54,525 bases of DNA, taken from positions 1 through 54,525 of the forward strand of contig QBUM01000251.1 of NCBI GenBank assembly GCA_013180585.1. Reading direction: 5' to 3'. Positions 1 to 9,065 of the stretch are shown one piece after another. Source of the stretch: Candidatus Methanophagaceae archaeon GoMg2. GTDB taxonomy: Archaea; Halobacteriota; Syntropharchaeia; Alkanophagales; Methanospirareceae. A program made the translations under genes and the position numbers. Numbering within the stretch: the first letter of the stretch is position 1; every line of letters starts with the position of its first letter. Below the pieces are notes generated by a model. It had not been told where the DNA came from. It was given only the letters and a program-made list of their open reading frames with translations, and ran no database searches.

Positions 1-178
1 AAAAAAGACATCTAAAACCATCACACAAAAACATATTCCTAAAAATGGTCGAAGTTACGGATTAACACAAGAAGATGGTACGTGACGCAGGATATCGGTT
101 AGTTTTGCATTTTATACCTTACAGCGTCATATTTTATCGTGAAAATCTGCGAAATCTTGTGGTTAGCTAAACAATTAC
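1..178 (+). mobile_element. MITE-like repeat family 1, divergent and possibly window-truncated copy (R1)
   Basis: The right terminus cgtgaaaatctgcgaaatcttgtggttagctaaacaattac (138-178) matches the right end of the copies at 14655, 18716 and 35134. The left part is only loosely similar (attaacacaagaa at 61-73). It is followed by ctttttg. Confidence 0.55.
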
Positions 179-189
179 CTTTTTGTATT

Positions 190-1320
190 TTATTCTGTCA
201 CCGAATGCTGCACCCGCAACCATTCCAAAATATACTCGGGTAGCATGAATCCCCTTTGATACAGCCTTTCGACTAAATGCAATGGAAGTGGGCTAAGAGC
301 AAACGCTGCACGCTCGTAGAACGTGTCAGGTGTGCTCTCTATGGTGAAACTATCTGATTTTTTCGATAGGGTAGATTCCCTGCCCACGATAGAATAAACA
401 TGCCCTCCAAATTTCTTCTGCTCCTTGCACCAGCCCAAAAGGGGTTCGGTCTCTCCCGACAACGAAATCAGAAATAAAATATCACCAGCACGTGGTCTTG
501 GTGCAAAAGTCCCGGATAAATAAGCCTCATCGCCAAGCGCTCTCTTAACATGCTGCAAACGTATCGCCGCCATCTTCGCAACGTGCCTCGCAGGTCCCAC
601 CCCGCCCATAGTTATTCGACTTCTCGTCTCCAGATTGTCAATTGCATCTTCGTAAATATCAGAACTGATAAACTTATTCACAATCTTGCCGACGACCTTT
701 GATTCCGTCTCTATCTTCCTAAATACGATTTTATAATCTTTATTTCCGTTTATTGCTTCCTTCATTTTCTGAAATAGCAATAGAGAACCTAATTCATAGA
801 CATCGTTCATTATGCCGTGTTTGAGAAAGCCATTAGTGGTCTCAGATTTTGTATCACGCCCTGTCAGTTCGACTACGTGACCATAATCTCGCTCTCCTAT
901 CTGTCCTATCGAGGATTTCGTGTTCGATACAAGAGCGTTTATAGTGAATTTATCGCTCTTCGTACGCTCGATATAATCCGCAAGTTGTCTAACCATTATT
1001 TTAGGAGTTGAGGTCTCGCCACTGCCGGAATTGACGAGCAGTGCTATCTTATCGTACTTCTTCTCCAAGACCGGCGCTGCATCCCGTATGTTGCTACCCG
1101 GAAAATCAATGTCAACCACCGTTCTCACATCCTTATCCATTTGCCCTAGCCCTATATACAATGCGCTTTGTGACCTTCCCTCCCCAGCGAGAATGATACA
1201 GTCTGCTTCGTGGAGGGCATTGTAAAAGGGCTTAAGCTCCCTCCTCTTAATATTACGGACGTTTCTTATAACGCCATTGATATACCGGGTCCCTCCTGTG
1301 ACTATATTACTTCGTGCCAT
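190..1320 (-). CDS. Tandem SIS-domain protein (sugar-phosphate isomerase/binding family)
   Basis: 376 aa ORF with two SIS-like motifs, NSGSGETS and SLSGETEP, each preceded by a glycine-rich nucleotide-fold segment (ILAGEGRS, MGGVGP). Confidence 0.55.
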   Translation of the reverse strand: MARSNIVTGGTRYINGVIRNVRNIKRRELKPFYNALHEADCIILAGEGRSQSALYIGLGQMDKDVRTVVDIDFPGSNIRDAAPVLEKKYDKIALLVNSGSGETSTPKIMVRQLADYIERTKSDKFTINALVSNTKSSIGQIGERDYGHVVELTGRDTKSETTNGFLKHGIMNDVYELGSLLLFQKMKEAINGNKDYKIVFRKIETESKVVGKIVNKFISSDIYEDAIDNLETRSRITMGGVGPARHVAKMAAIRLQHVKRALGDEAYLSGTFAPRPRAGDILFLISLSGETEPLLGWCKEQKKFGGHVYSIVGRESTLSKKSDSFTIESTPDTFYERAAFALSPLPLHLVERLYQRGFMLPEYILEWLRVQHSVTE

Positions 1321-1561
1321 AAGCTACGCGAACAAAGAACGACACCGACAACCTTGCTTTCGAAAAGAAAGCGTAACCAAAGATTTATTATTTCCCATCC
1401 CTTCTCGTCTTTCACCCCCTCTTCTTTCAGTGAAGATTTTTAGTGGAATGCTAAGTTAAACCTTTCGCTTTTAACGTCAATGTGAACAACCAAAAACGTT
1501 ATAAGGTGAAAAAACAGGCAAGGGAACCGGTTTTTCGTTATGAAAGGGGCATTAGATGTGT

Positions 1562-3040
1562 TCAATATGCCCTTGCAACATATACCCTTCTGGCTTTGCT
1601 CGAACAAATAATGCATTTGCCTTCGCTTTTCTCTTGCACTTCATATATTGGCTCGCCTAACACACTCGCTTCAAGACGTTCCTCTAAATCCTTACCGCAT
1701 CTTTCGCTATCACACAGGAATAAAGAAACGATGCCTTGTTCTACCTTCTTTTTCAGCGTTATCATCTCCTCCTCGCTTCCTGCATCGTTACCTTTACTTT
1801 CATAAATATTGGCGAATAAAGTCTTGGATGCTCGTTCTTGGATACAAGACTGGATTTCTTCCAGTGTTCTCTTCGCTTCTTGTGTGACATCGCGAAGAGG
1901 AACTTGCGCCTTATTGGAGTCATCTCTTCTTACGAATACACAGCTATTGTTTCTCAAATCACGAGGGCCTATCTCTATCCTCAAGGGTACACCTTTCATC
2001 TCCCACCGGTAATACTTTGCACCCGGCCTTTCTTCAGAATCATCCAAAAGCGCTCTTATTCCTGCCTTTTCCAATTCTTCATAGACTGCAGCACAAGCCT
2101 TGTTTACTTCGCCGCCCCCTTCCTGACTCGAAAATACAATAGGCACGATAACGACCTGAATGGGCGCGACTTTCGGGGGTAGCACCAAACCATGCTCATC
2201 ACCGTGAATAGAAATCACGGAGGCAACGCACCTTTCCGAGATGCCATAGCAGGTCTGATTCACGTACTGTAACGAGCCATCTTTATCCTCATATTTTATA
2301 TCAAAAGTTCTCGCAAAGCTCTCGCCAAGTAGGTGAATAGTCCCGATTTGCATCGTCCTACCATCAGGCATGAGTGTATCAAAGGCAAGCGTATAGTCAG
2401 CACCGGGGAATTTGTCCCATGCCGGTCTTCTCGTGATTATATAGGGTACGTCAAGCAGGTCAAAGAAGTTTTGGTATATTGCCATAGCAGTTCTTACCTG
2501 CTCCTCGGCATCCGTACGATTTGCATGTGCCGTATGCGCCTCTTTAAACGAGGTTATCTCACGCAGGCGAATGAGCGGTCTTGTATGCTTCGTTTCGTAT
2601 CGAAAGGTATTTACAATCTGGTATATCCGAAGAGGCAGGTCGCGATGCGATCTTATCCAGACTTTAAATACGGGGTATATCGCGGTCTCTGAAGTGGGGC
2701 GTAAAGCAAGAGGAATATCCAGGTCTGTGCAGCCCCCCTTTGTCACCCAGAAAACTTCCGCCTCAAACCCTTTTATGTGCTGCTCCTCCTTCATCAACTC
2801 GTCTTTCGGTATCAACATGGGGAACAGCACCTCTTCGTGCTCCTTATCCATAAGAGACCTTAAAATCGTGTAGATAATATTCCTCAGTCTGAATCCATAC
2901 GGGTACCATACATATACTCCTTTTACAGGATACCTGATGTCTAATATCTCGGCACGCTTCAGTATCTCGCTATACCACTCGCTGAAGTTGCCTTCCTTCG
3001 GTAAGGTGGTCTTGCTTTCTGTTTTGGTCTGCATCATCAA
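1562..3040 (-). CDS. proS: Proline--tRNA ligase (archaeal type)
   Basis: 492 aa. FSEWYSEILKRAEILDIRYPVKG and a class II aaRS core (TFRYE..RPLIRLREF-like) are typical of archaeal ProRS. The track start at 3040 is TTG. ATG codons at 3037 and 3034 are more likely starts. Confidence 0.93.
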   Translation of the reverse strand: MMMQTKTESKTTLPKEGNFSEWYSEILKRAEILDIRYPVKGVYVWYPYGFRLRNIIYTILRSLMDKEHEEVLFPMLIPKDELMKEEQHIKGFEAEVFWVTKGGCTDLDIPLALRPTSETAIYPVFKVWIRSHRDLPLRIYQIVNTFRYETKHTRPLIRLREITSFKEAHTAHANRTDAEEQVRTAMAIYQNFFDLLDVPYIITRRPAWDKFPGADYTLAFDTLMPDGRTMQIGTIHLLGESFARTFDIKYEDKDGSLQYVNQTCYGISERCVASVISIHGDEHGLVLPPKVAPIQVVIVPIVFSSQEGGGEVNKACAAVYEELEKAGIRALLDDSEERPGAKYYRWEMKGVPLRIEIGPRDLRNNSCVFVRRDDSNKAQVPLRDVTQEAKRTLEEIQSCIQERASKTLFANIYESKGNDAGSEEEMITLKKKVEQGIVSLFLCDSERCGKDLEERLEASVLGEPIYEVQEKSEGKCIICSSKARRVYVARAY

Positions 3041-3112
3041 AGCCGCTGGTGGGATTTGAACCCACGATCTGCTGATTACGAATCAGCCGCTTTACCCCTA
3101 AGCCACAGCGGC
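3041..3112 (-). tRNA. tRNA-Thr (anticodon CGU)
   Basis: The minus-strand sequence GCCGCTG-TG-GCTT-AGGGGTA-AAGC-G-GCTGA-TTCGTAA-TCAGC-AGATC-GTGGG-TTCAAAT-CCCAC-CAGCGGC-T folds as a canonical cloverleaf. No CCA is encoded. A TATA-like ttaatat lies about 24 nt upstream. Confidence 0.9.
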
Positions 3113-3246
3113 CTATACTGATGTCTATTTGGGGATATTAATACTTAAGCATTTGTAGAAAAACAGAAAACATGGTGACCTGTTGTCAACACATGTTGAC
3201 GCTACATAAACATTTAAATAGGTATAATGTATAGGTATATGTAACC

Positions 3247-3474
3247 ATGAAAAAAGAAGAGTTGGTACATCTACATTTGTTATTGGCTCAATTAAAGAAG
3301 TATTGTGAGGAAAACGAGTTGTCTTGTAATTTCGCGAAGTACAATGAGTTGGGCATTTCCCCTTTTCAGGTGCATCGAAGTAAAGAAGAGCACAAACAAG
3401 CTGTTTTCGTTCTCGGCACCGAGCTTGCGTCGTTAATGGTGAGGTCAAACAACCATTTGGTGTCAACCAGATAG
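3247..3474 (+). CDS. Small conserved archaeal protein, UPF0058-like
   Basis: 75 aa. The pattern KEELVHLHLLL...YNELGISPFQVHRSKEEHKQAVFVL resembles the methanogen UPF0058 family. A TATA-like tttaaata lies about 30 nt upstream. Confidence 0.5.
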   Translation: MKKEELVHLHLLLAQLKKYCEENELSCNFAKYNELGISPFQVHRSKEEHKQAVFVLGTELASLMVRSNNHLVSTR

Positions 3475-3623
3475 ATATCAGCAGGGGAGACAAAAGAGGA
3501 AGCTTTTTTCCTTAGTACAGCTCTTATTGTAGCTTGGTTCATGTATGTAGCAAAAACCGAAATCGCTGTTGCGTTTTGTGTTGGCAATGATAGGATAAAT
3601 ATAACTATTTAGAGAACGGAGAC

Positions 3624-4340
3624 CTACTTGTAGCGAAGAGATCGAATGGACTGATATGCTTCTACTATCTCTTTCCCTTCAATGAAAACGGTGTCTCGCT
3701 CTGATGCAAAGGTTATTGCATCTGCCTTTGAGAGTGCAGCTCCAGATTCGGTGTCCAGCATTTCACAGATTACCATTGCAGGAGATATGCCCGCAAGCAA
3801 CGCCAGAACTACGGAAAGCTCTGTCTGACCTCTTCTTTCATCAAGCAGACCATCTGCAGCTTTCAATATTGAGACATGCCCCGGTGTTCGGAATTCCGTG
3901 TGAAAATCGCAGAATTTACCGTTCAGTACATTCTCCACCGCTTCTCCAGTCTTCTTTATCGTTAAAGCTCTGTCCATATCTGTTATCCCCGTGAAGGTGT
4001 CTCGATGATTCACCCAGAGGGAAAAGGAAGAGCGTTTATCATATGAAAGGTCGCCCTTTTCTTCCACCATTCTTCTTAGAGGAAAGAACTCTCCAGTCGC
4101 ATTTCTCAAAATATCACTTATCAGTGGTAGCCCAAGCTTATCAGCCGCAAGGGGATGAATAGCAACGCATATAAGCCCTCCTCCTTCATTTCTATAATAA
4201 GCAATGTCTTTGGGCGTCACTGCAGAAGCGTGCATTACAAAGTCAGTCTCGCCTTCTCTATCCGCTGCATCGTATATTAATACGATTTTACCCCTTTTTA
4301 CGTATTCTATACCCTGTTCTACCGACTCTGGAATCTTCAT
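3624..4340 (-). CDS. ribB: 3,4-dihydroxy-2-butanone 4-phosphate synthase
   Basis: 238 aa. DREGETDFV, GGLICVA and TPGHV motifs are typical of DHBP synthase. Its start overlaps the ribK stop by 4 nt. Confidence 0.88.
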   Translation of the reverse strand: MKIPESVEQGIEYVKRGKIVLIYDAADREGETDFVMHASAVTPKDIAYYRNEGGGLICVAIHPLAADKLGLPLISDILRNATGEFFPLRRMVEEKGDLSYDKRSSFSLWVNHRDTFTGITDMDRALTIKKTGEAVENVLNGKFCDFHTEFRTPGHVSILKAADGLLDERRGQTELSVVLALLAGISPAMVICEMLDTESGAALSKADAITFASERDTVFIEGKEIVEAYQSIRSLRYK

Positions 4341-5017
4341 ATCGCCACCTTCGTCTTTATCTCATCCCCGTCAATTAATTTGAGTTCACATCTCAGGAAA
4401 ATAGGTGATATTATCTCCAAGACATCTTCTGGATAATGCGTGCGGTCGGGAATGATAACCGCGCTTTTGATCCCTTCCGCTTGGCCACTCAATATCTTAC
4501 ACGGGAAGCACTTGCCACCGCCAAATGTTCTATCTGCGGCTTCAAAACTTTCTATTTTCACGCCTCTTTGCCCATCCAGCTTCTTCCTCGTTTCTATACT
4601 CTGTGAGTCCAGCCGTAGATTTAAGGTACCAGGAAAAGGATTAAAGCCCAACTTAGACGCGAATTGTTTCTTATAGCCCATAAGAGTCGTATAATATTGC
4701 CCTTCTCCAAGACCTGTAATCAAGCGACCCGTGATTTCCACCTCGGCGATAGGCGAGGAAAAAAATATCTCCTGATATTCATAGCATTCACTCCTCAGTC
4801 GTTCTATTCCGTTGTTCGTCAGTATTATCCACTGACCATCCGCGATTATTCTTCTATGCACAAGTCCCGCTCTATCAAGCTCTTGGAGTCGCCTCGCAGC
4901 GGTCTGTACACTCGATTTAATCGCCCCTGCGAACTGCCCGGAAGATAACTTAATTGGTTGTGCAATCGCACCTAACAAAGCGAGCTTTTTTAACGAAACT
5001 ATTATGTCCCCAGTCAT
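4337..5017 (-). CDS. ribK: CTP-dependent riboflavin kinase fused to an N-terminal winged-HTH domain (RbkR-like)
   Basis: 226 aa. The C-terminal half carries GFNPFPGTLNLRLD and PDRTHYPEDVLEII, typical of archaeal riboflavin kinase. The N-terminal ~90 aa look like a wHTH (TAARRLQELDRAGLV). Confidence 0.8.
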   Translation of the reverse strand: MTGDIIVSLKKLALLGAIAQPIKLSSGQFAGAIKSSVQTAARRLQELDRAGLVHRRIIADGQWIILTNNGIERLRSECYEYQEIFFSSPIAEVEITGRLITGLGEGQYYTTLMGYKKQFASKLGFNPFPGTLNLRLDSQSIETRKKLDGQRGVKIESFEAADRTFGGGKCFPCKILSGQAEGIKSAVIIPDRTHYPEDVLEIISPIFLRCELKLIDGDEIKTKVAI

Positions 5018-5096
5018 ATTTACTCTTCACCTCTACAACATCAATTTTGAGATACACCTCATACATAGGAAAGATGAATATAAAAAGGTTGAGTAT

Positions 5097-5939
5097 TCAC
5101 TCTCGTTTTAAACTCAACCCGGCAAGAAAACCGAATAGAATGCCGGATAGATGTGCTATATGTGCTATCCCGTCTGGAGAACCCATTAGAACCGGTAATA
5201 CGTCAAAGAATAGTGGTAAAAGAAAAACTACCATCCATATCTCCAGCGGTATAAAAAAGAATAGATAAACTCGCAGCTTGGGCATCAGCACCGCAAGCGT
5301 AGCCAATATCCCGTATATTGCGCCACTTGCTCCCACTATGGGAACAACAGAGGCTAAACACCAGCCAAGCCCTGCAAAAATGCCAGAAAGGAAAAATATG
5401 AGTAGAAATTTGGTACTTCCTACTTTACGCTCTAACACCGGAGCGAAGAAGACAAATACGAGCATATTGAAAATGAAGTGTTCGAAGCCGCCATGAAGGA
5501 AGATATGCGTTATCAACGTCCAGGGCCTTTCTATTAGATCTGGCGGATATAATATAAAAAACTTAGTATAACCCGGAATGAGCAATTGCAAAAAGAAAGA
5601 GAGAGAAATGATGAACAAGATCAAATAGGAATAATTATGAGAGAAAAGGCTGAAGATGTTAGCATCAATGTTCTTTAGCCGCTCCACTGTAGGCATCGCG
5701 GTGGGTCGTCCCTTCTCAAGGTCGCTTTTATATTTTTCTGATCCAACGCACCAGTGCATTCCTGGTGGAAGATGCTCCTTGCAAAGGGTATCCCCGCAGT
5801 AGTTGCATCTATACAATGCTTGTTTGCCGCAGATTGTGCATCGTGCACGTGTCATGTAAGTGAAAGGAGAAGATACAAACTTAAAGGTTATAGGTGCCCT
5901 CGCATCCGGAAGTGGCTTAAAGCATATTCCATCAGGCAC
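5097..5939 (-). CDS. Rhomboid-family intramembrane serine protease with an N-terminal zinc finger
   Basis: 280 aa. It has a CTICGK..CNYCGDTLCKEH Cys/His cluster, then multiple TM helices with GASGAIYG (catalytic Ser) and AHLSG (His). The likely start is the internal Met (MTRARC). Confidence 0.8.
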   Translation of the reverse strand: MPDGICFKPLPDARAPITFKFVSSPFTYMTRARCTICGKQALYRCNYCGDTLCKEHLPPGMHWCVGSEKYKSDLEKGRPTAMPTVERLKNIDANIFSLFSHNYSYLILFIISLSFFLQLLIPGYTKFFILYPPDLIERPWTLITHIFLHGGFEHFIFNMLVFVFFAPVLERKVGSTKFLLIFFLSGIFAGLGWCLASVVPIVGASGAIYGILATLAVLMPKLRVYLFFFIPLEIWMVVFLLPLFFDVLPVLMGSPDGIAHIAHLSGILFGFLAGLSLKRE

Positions 5940-5955
5940 TCATGTTTCTCATTCC

Positions 5956-7185
5956 TCAAATGTTTTGAACTTCCCCCAATAAGTATGTGCTTCTCACTTC
6001 CTTCACCCACACCGTACAAGAGGTACCAAGGGGCAAATCCTTTTTTATTACTGTCGTGCGGTACGATGAGTCCCGGGCTATCACGCCTCCTTTCTTACCC
6101 TTCCCTGTTACTAAAACAGGAATAGCCTTGCCTTCCAATTCCTTGTTCGTTGCGAGAGCAAGCTTGTGATACGCGGCGGAGATCATTCTCGACCGCCTTT
6201 TTTTCTCGCGCTCCAGCAAATCCTTCTGCTTTGATGCTTCCGTCATGGGCCGTGGCGAGAACCGAGTTATATTCACTTTTTCCGGCTTCAGTTCTTCCAA
6301 TAGGTTCAGCGAGGAAATGAAATCGCTTTCCGTCTCGGTAGGGAATCCAATGATAAAATCGGTGGATATCGTGCTGTATTCGAATCTGGCCCTTATACTC
6401 TTTACTATCTCGAAGAAATCGGCAATTTTGTAATTCCTTCTCATATCACTCAGCACCCGGTCAGAGCCAGATTGCACAGGCACATGGAAGAATTTGAAGA
6501 TTTTTTCGGACTCAAAAGCATCCAGAAGGTCATCTAATACAGGAAGCAGAGTAAACGGGTTCATCATGCCCACTCTCACACGGAAATCGCCACGCACGGA
6601 TGTTACCATCTTTAGCAATTCGGGAAGCTTTGTACCAGAGCGGTCGAAGCCGTATGCACTGCAGTCCTGTGCAGTAATTCTTATCTCTTTTGCACCTCTG
6701 TTCACAGCACTTTTTACGGATTCGCATATCTTTTCGTGTTCGTAGCTTTTTAGTTCTCCTCTCGCTCGTTTCACGATACAATAAGAGCAGTTTCCGACAC
6801 AGCCCATTGATATGGGAATTATACCAATCAAGCCATCAAGATCAAACTCTTGCTCATTACTGCGGCAAATATCATCAGGGGTTATCATTGTTACATCATT
6901 GCCCAGAGTGCTTCTTACAAGGTCAGGCTGTGCCGCAGCCATACAACCCGCTACGATCACCTCTTTTCCCTGCTGTTTCAACTCATTCAGCCGCTTCAGC
7001 ACATTTAATTCCGTTCTCTTCGTTACGGTGCAGGTATTCACGATAACAACATCGGCTTCGTTTTCTTCTACTATCTTATGACCCGATTTTCTTAAAATCG
7101 CACGCATCTTCATCGTGTCACCCGCATTTGCGGTGCAGCCGAAAGTTTCTATAAAAGTTTTTGTTCCCGGTGTGAGTAGGTTCAT
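5956..7185 (-). CDS. MiaB-like radical-SAM methylthiotransferase (archaeal tRNA t6A37 MtaB/CDKAL1 type)
   Basis: 409 aa. It has an N-terminal GCTANAGD UPF0004 domain, a CVGNCSYC radical-SAM cluster and a C-terminal TRAM-like domain. Confidence 0.85.
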   Translation of the reverse strand: MNLLTPGTKTFIETFGCTANAGDTMKMRAILRKSGHKIVEENEADVVIVNTCTVTKRTELNVLKRLNELKQQGKEVIVAGCMAAAQPDLVRSTLGNDVTMITPDDICRSNEQEFDLDGLIGIIPISMGCVGNCSYCIVKRARGELKSYEHEKICESVKSAVNRGAKEIRITAQDCSAYGFDRSGTKLPELLKMVTSVRGDFRVRVGMMNPFTLLPVLDDLLDAFESEKIFKFFHVPVQSGSDRVLSDMRRNYKIADFFEIVKSIRARFEYSTISTDFIIGFPTETESDFISSLNLLEELKPEKVNITRFSPRPMTEASKQKDLLEREKKRRSRMISAAYHKLALATNKELEGKAIPVLVTGKGKKGGVIARDSSYRTTVIKKDLPLGTSCTVWVKEVRSTYLLGEVQNI

Positions 7186-7270
7186 TTTTGATAAAGTTAT
7201 TTTAGTTAGAGTTGTATTTGTTATTATTCACGTTGGTGTGATGATAGAAGGAAAGAGGAAATAAGGAAAA

Positions 7271-9037
7271 ATGACGATAAAAGAGGAGTTACCACCCGGT
7301 GAAGTACCGCCGGAGGAAATTCAGGAGACGAATATGCTGGTTTCGGCCAGTTTTTCTGATATGTTCAAGCCGGTTATCGGCCCTTTTGGGTCTAAAGTAT
7401 TGATAACACAGGGAGCAACGAAGATAGAAGCTGCGGACCTTATAACCAGTAACGCGCTTAGCTTGGTGAAAGAACTGAAGTATCAGCATCCTACTGCGGA
7501 TATATTGATAAACGCAGGGTTAACACAGGGAGAAAGAGTGGGGGACGGCATAGCTACGGTTATGATTCTCATAGGCGAGCTGGTGAAGAGAGGGTATGAT
7601 TTGAAGACCGAGGGCGTGCATCAAAGTATGGTAATAAAGGGTTATGATAAGTCGCTTACGGTTGTTAGAGAGGTTTTAGAAGAGATAGCATCGCCAGTGG
7701 ACGTAAGAGGCGAAGGAAGCGATGAGATTTTGAGGGCTGTGGCGAAGACCGCATTAAAGAAGGGTGATTTTGGTGAACAGGATATACTGGTGGATGCGGT
7801 AGTAGAGAGCATAAAGCGGCTAAGCGACAGCGATGAGAATGAGCCAATAGACGTAGATGACGTAGCAATAGAAACGAAGAGTGGGAGCCGAGTACAAGAG
7901 ACGAGCTTTATAGAGGGTGTTGTTATAGACCGAGAAGTGCTGGATGCGCTTCCAACAGAGATAGAGAATGCGCGTGTAGCACTGCTTGATTTCCCGATTG
8001 AACATAAGGAGCCGAAGGTAAAGGGTCGGAAGGAGCTACAGACGGGAACAGGCGCGAGAGAACGAAGTAAAGCAGGAGATACGCTTGGTGCACTCGGTTT
8101 TTACGTGAAATTCTCAAAGGCTTCTCATTTCAGGGAGTTCCGGGAGGCAAGAGCAAAACTCTTTGATGAAGTCGTGGATCCCGTAGTAAACTGTGGTGCA
8201 AACGTGATTTGCTGCCGGTGGGGAGTGGATGACGATGCGCTGGGCAAGTTCCGGGAGGCGGGCATCATGCTGATAAAGCGTGTAAAATTAACGGATTTGA
8301 GGAGGTTGGAGCGGTCTACAGGCGGTAAGATCGTGAAAGACATAAGTGCCTTAAGCGAAGATAAATTTGGGTTTGCAGGAAGAGTGGTGCAGCGAAAGAT
8401 AAGTGGTAATAACTTTGTGTTCATGGAAGACTGTGCACGTAAGAAATCGGCTACGATACTTATAAGAGGTACGACACTCCGCGTTTTGGAGGGGTTGGTA
8501 GGCGAGATAAGAAGCGCTTTGCATGCTGTTGCGCAATTGTATGAGGACGGCAGAGTGGTGCCGGGTGGCGGTGCGGTGGAAGCGGAATGTGCATATCGGC
8601 TGAGGAAGGCAGCAAAGAAGGTTTCGGGCAAGGATCAGTTAGCAATGGAGGTGTTTGCTGACGCGCTTGAGTCTATACCGAAGGCAATAGCAAAGAACTG
8701 TGGAATGGATCATATTGATACAATAACGAAGCTCAGGTCAGAGCATTTCGCAGGCAACAAAAATGCAGGCATATCTGGACAGGCTAAACGCATAAGCGAT
8801 GTGATGTCAGAGGGGATATTAGAGCCGTTGTCGGTGAAGTTACAGGCGTTCATCGCAGCTACCGAAGCGGCATCGGGGATGATGAAGATAGATGATTTGC
8901 ATATTGCGAAGAGTGCGGCACGGGAGGAAGCGGAGGATATTGAAACGCAGATCGCTGGTAGGACACGAGATTTGATAGATACTGAGAGGCAATCGGATGA
9001 GTTCAAGTCGGTTAGAGGTGGTAGGGTGAACTATTAA
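7271..9037 (+). CDS. Divergent thermosome/group II chaperonin-like protein
   Basis: 588 aa, colinear with thermosome subunits (GPFGSK.., QHPTADIL, VPGGGAVE, ILEPLSVK). The nucleotide motif reads GDGIATV instead of GDGTTT. The lid/apical insert and the C-terminal tail are atypical. Confidence 0.75.
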   Translation: MTIKEELPPGEVPPEEIQETNMLVSASFSDMFKPVIGPFGSKVLITQGATKIEAADLITSNALSLVKELKYQHPTADILINAGLTQGERVGDGIATVMILIGELVKRGYDLKTEGVHQSMVIKGYDKSLTVVREVLEEIASPVDVRGEGSDEILRAVAKTALKKGDFGEQDILVDAVVESIKRLSDSDENEPIDVDDVAIETKSGSRVQETSFIEGVVIDREVLDALPTEIENARVALLDFPIEHKEPKVKGRKELQTGTGARERSKAGDTLGALGFYVKFSKASHFREFREARAKLFDEVVDPVVNCGANVICCRWGVDDDALGKFREAGIMLIKRVKLTDLRRLERSTGGKIVKDISALSEDKFGFAGRVVQRKISGNNFVFMEDCARKKSATILIRGTTLRVLEGLVGEIRSALHAVAQLYEDGRVVPGGGAVEAECAYRLRKAAKKVSGKDQLAMEVFADALESIPKAIAKNCGMDHIDTITKLRSEHFAGNKNAGISGQAKRISDVMSEGILEPLSVKLQAFIAATEAASGMMKIDDLHIAKSAAREEAEDIETQIAGRTRDLIDTERQSDEFKSVRGGRVNY

Positions 9038-9065
9038 CGGCTATTCTTAAAACTTACTACAGCAG

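Noticed and set aside
3125-3587. Minus-strand ORFs of 122 aa and 73 aa overlapping the UPF0058-like gene and its 3' spacer.
   Set aside because: They overlap a better-supported plus-strand gene and the tRNA promoter region. Their composition is atypical and they have no RBS or motifs.
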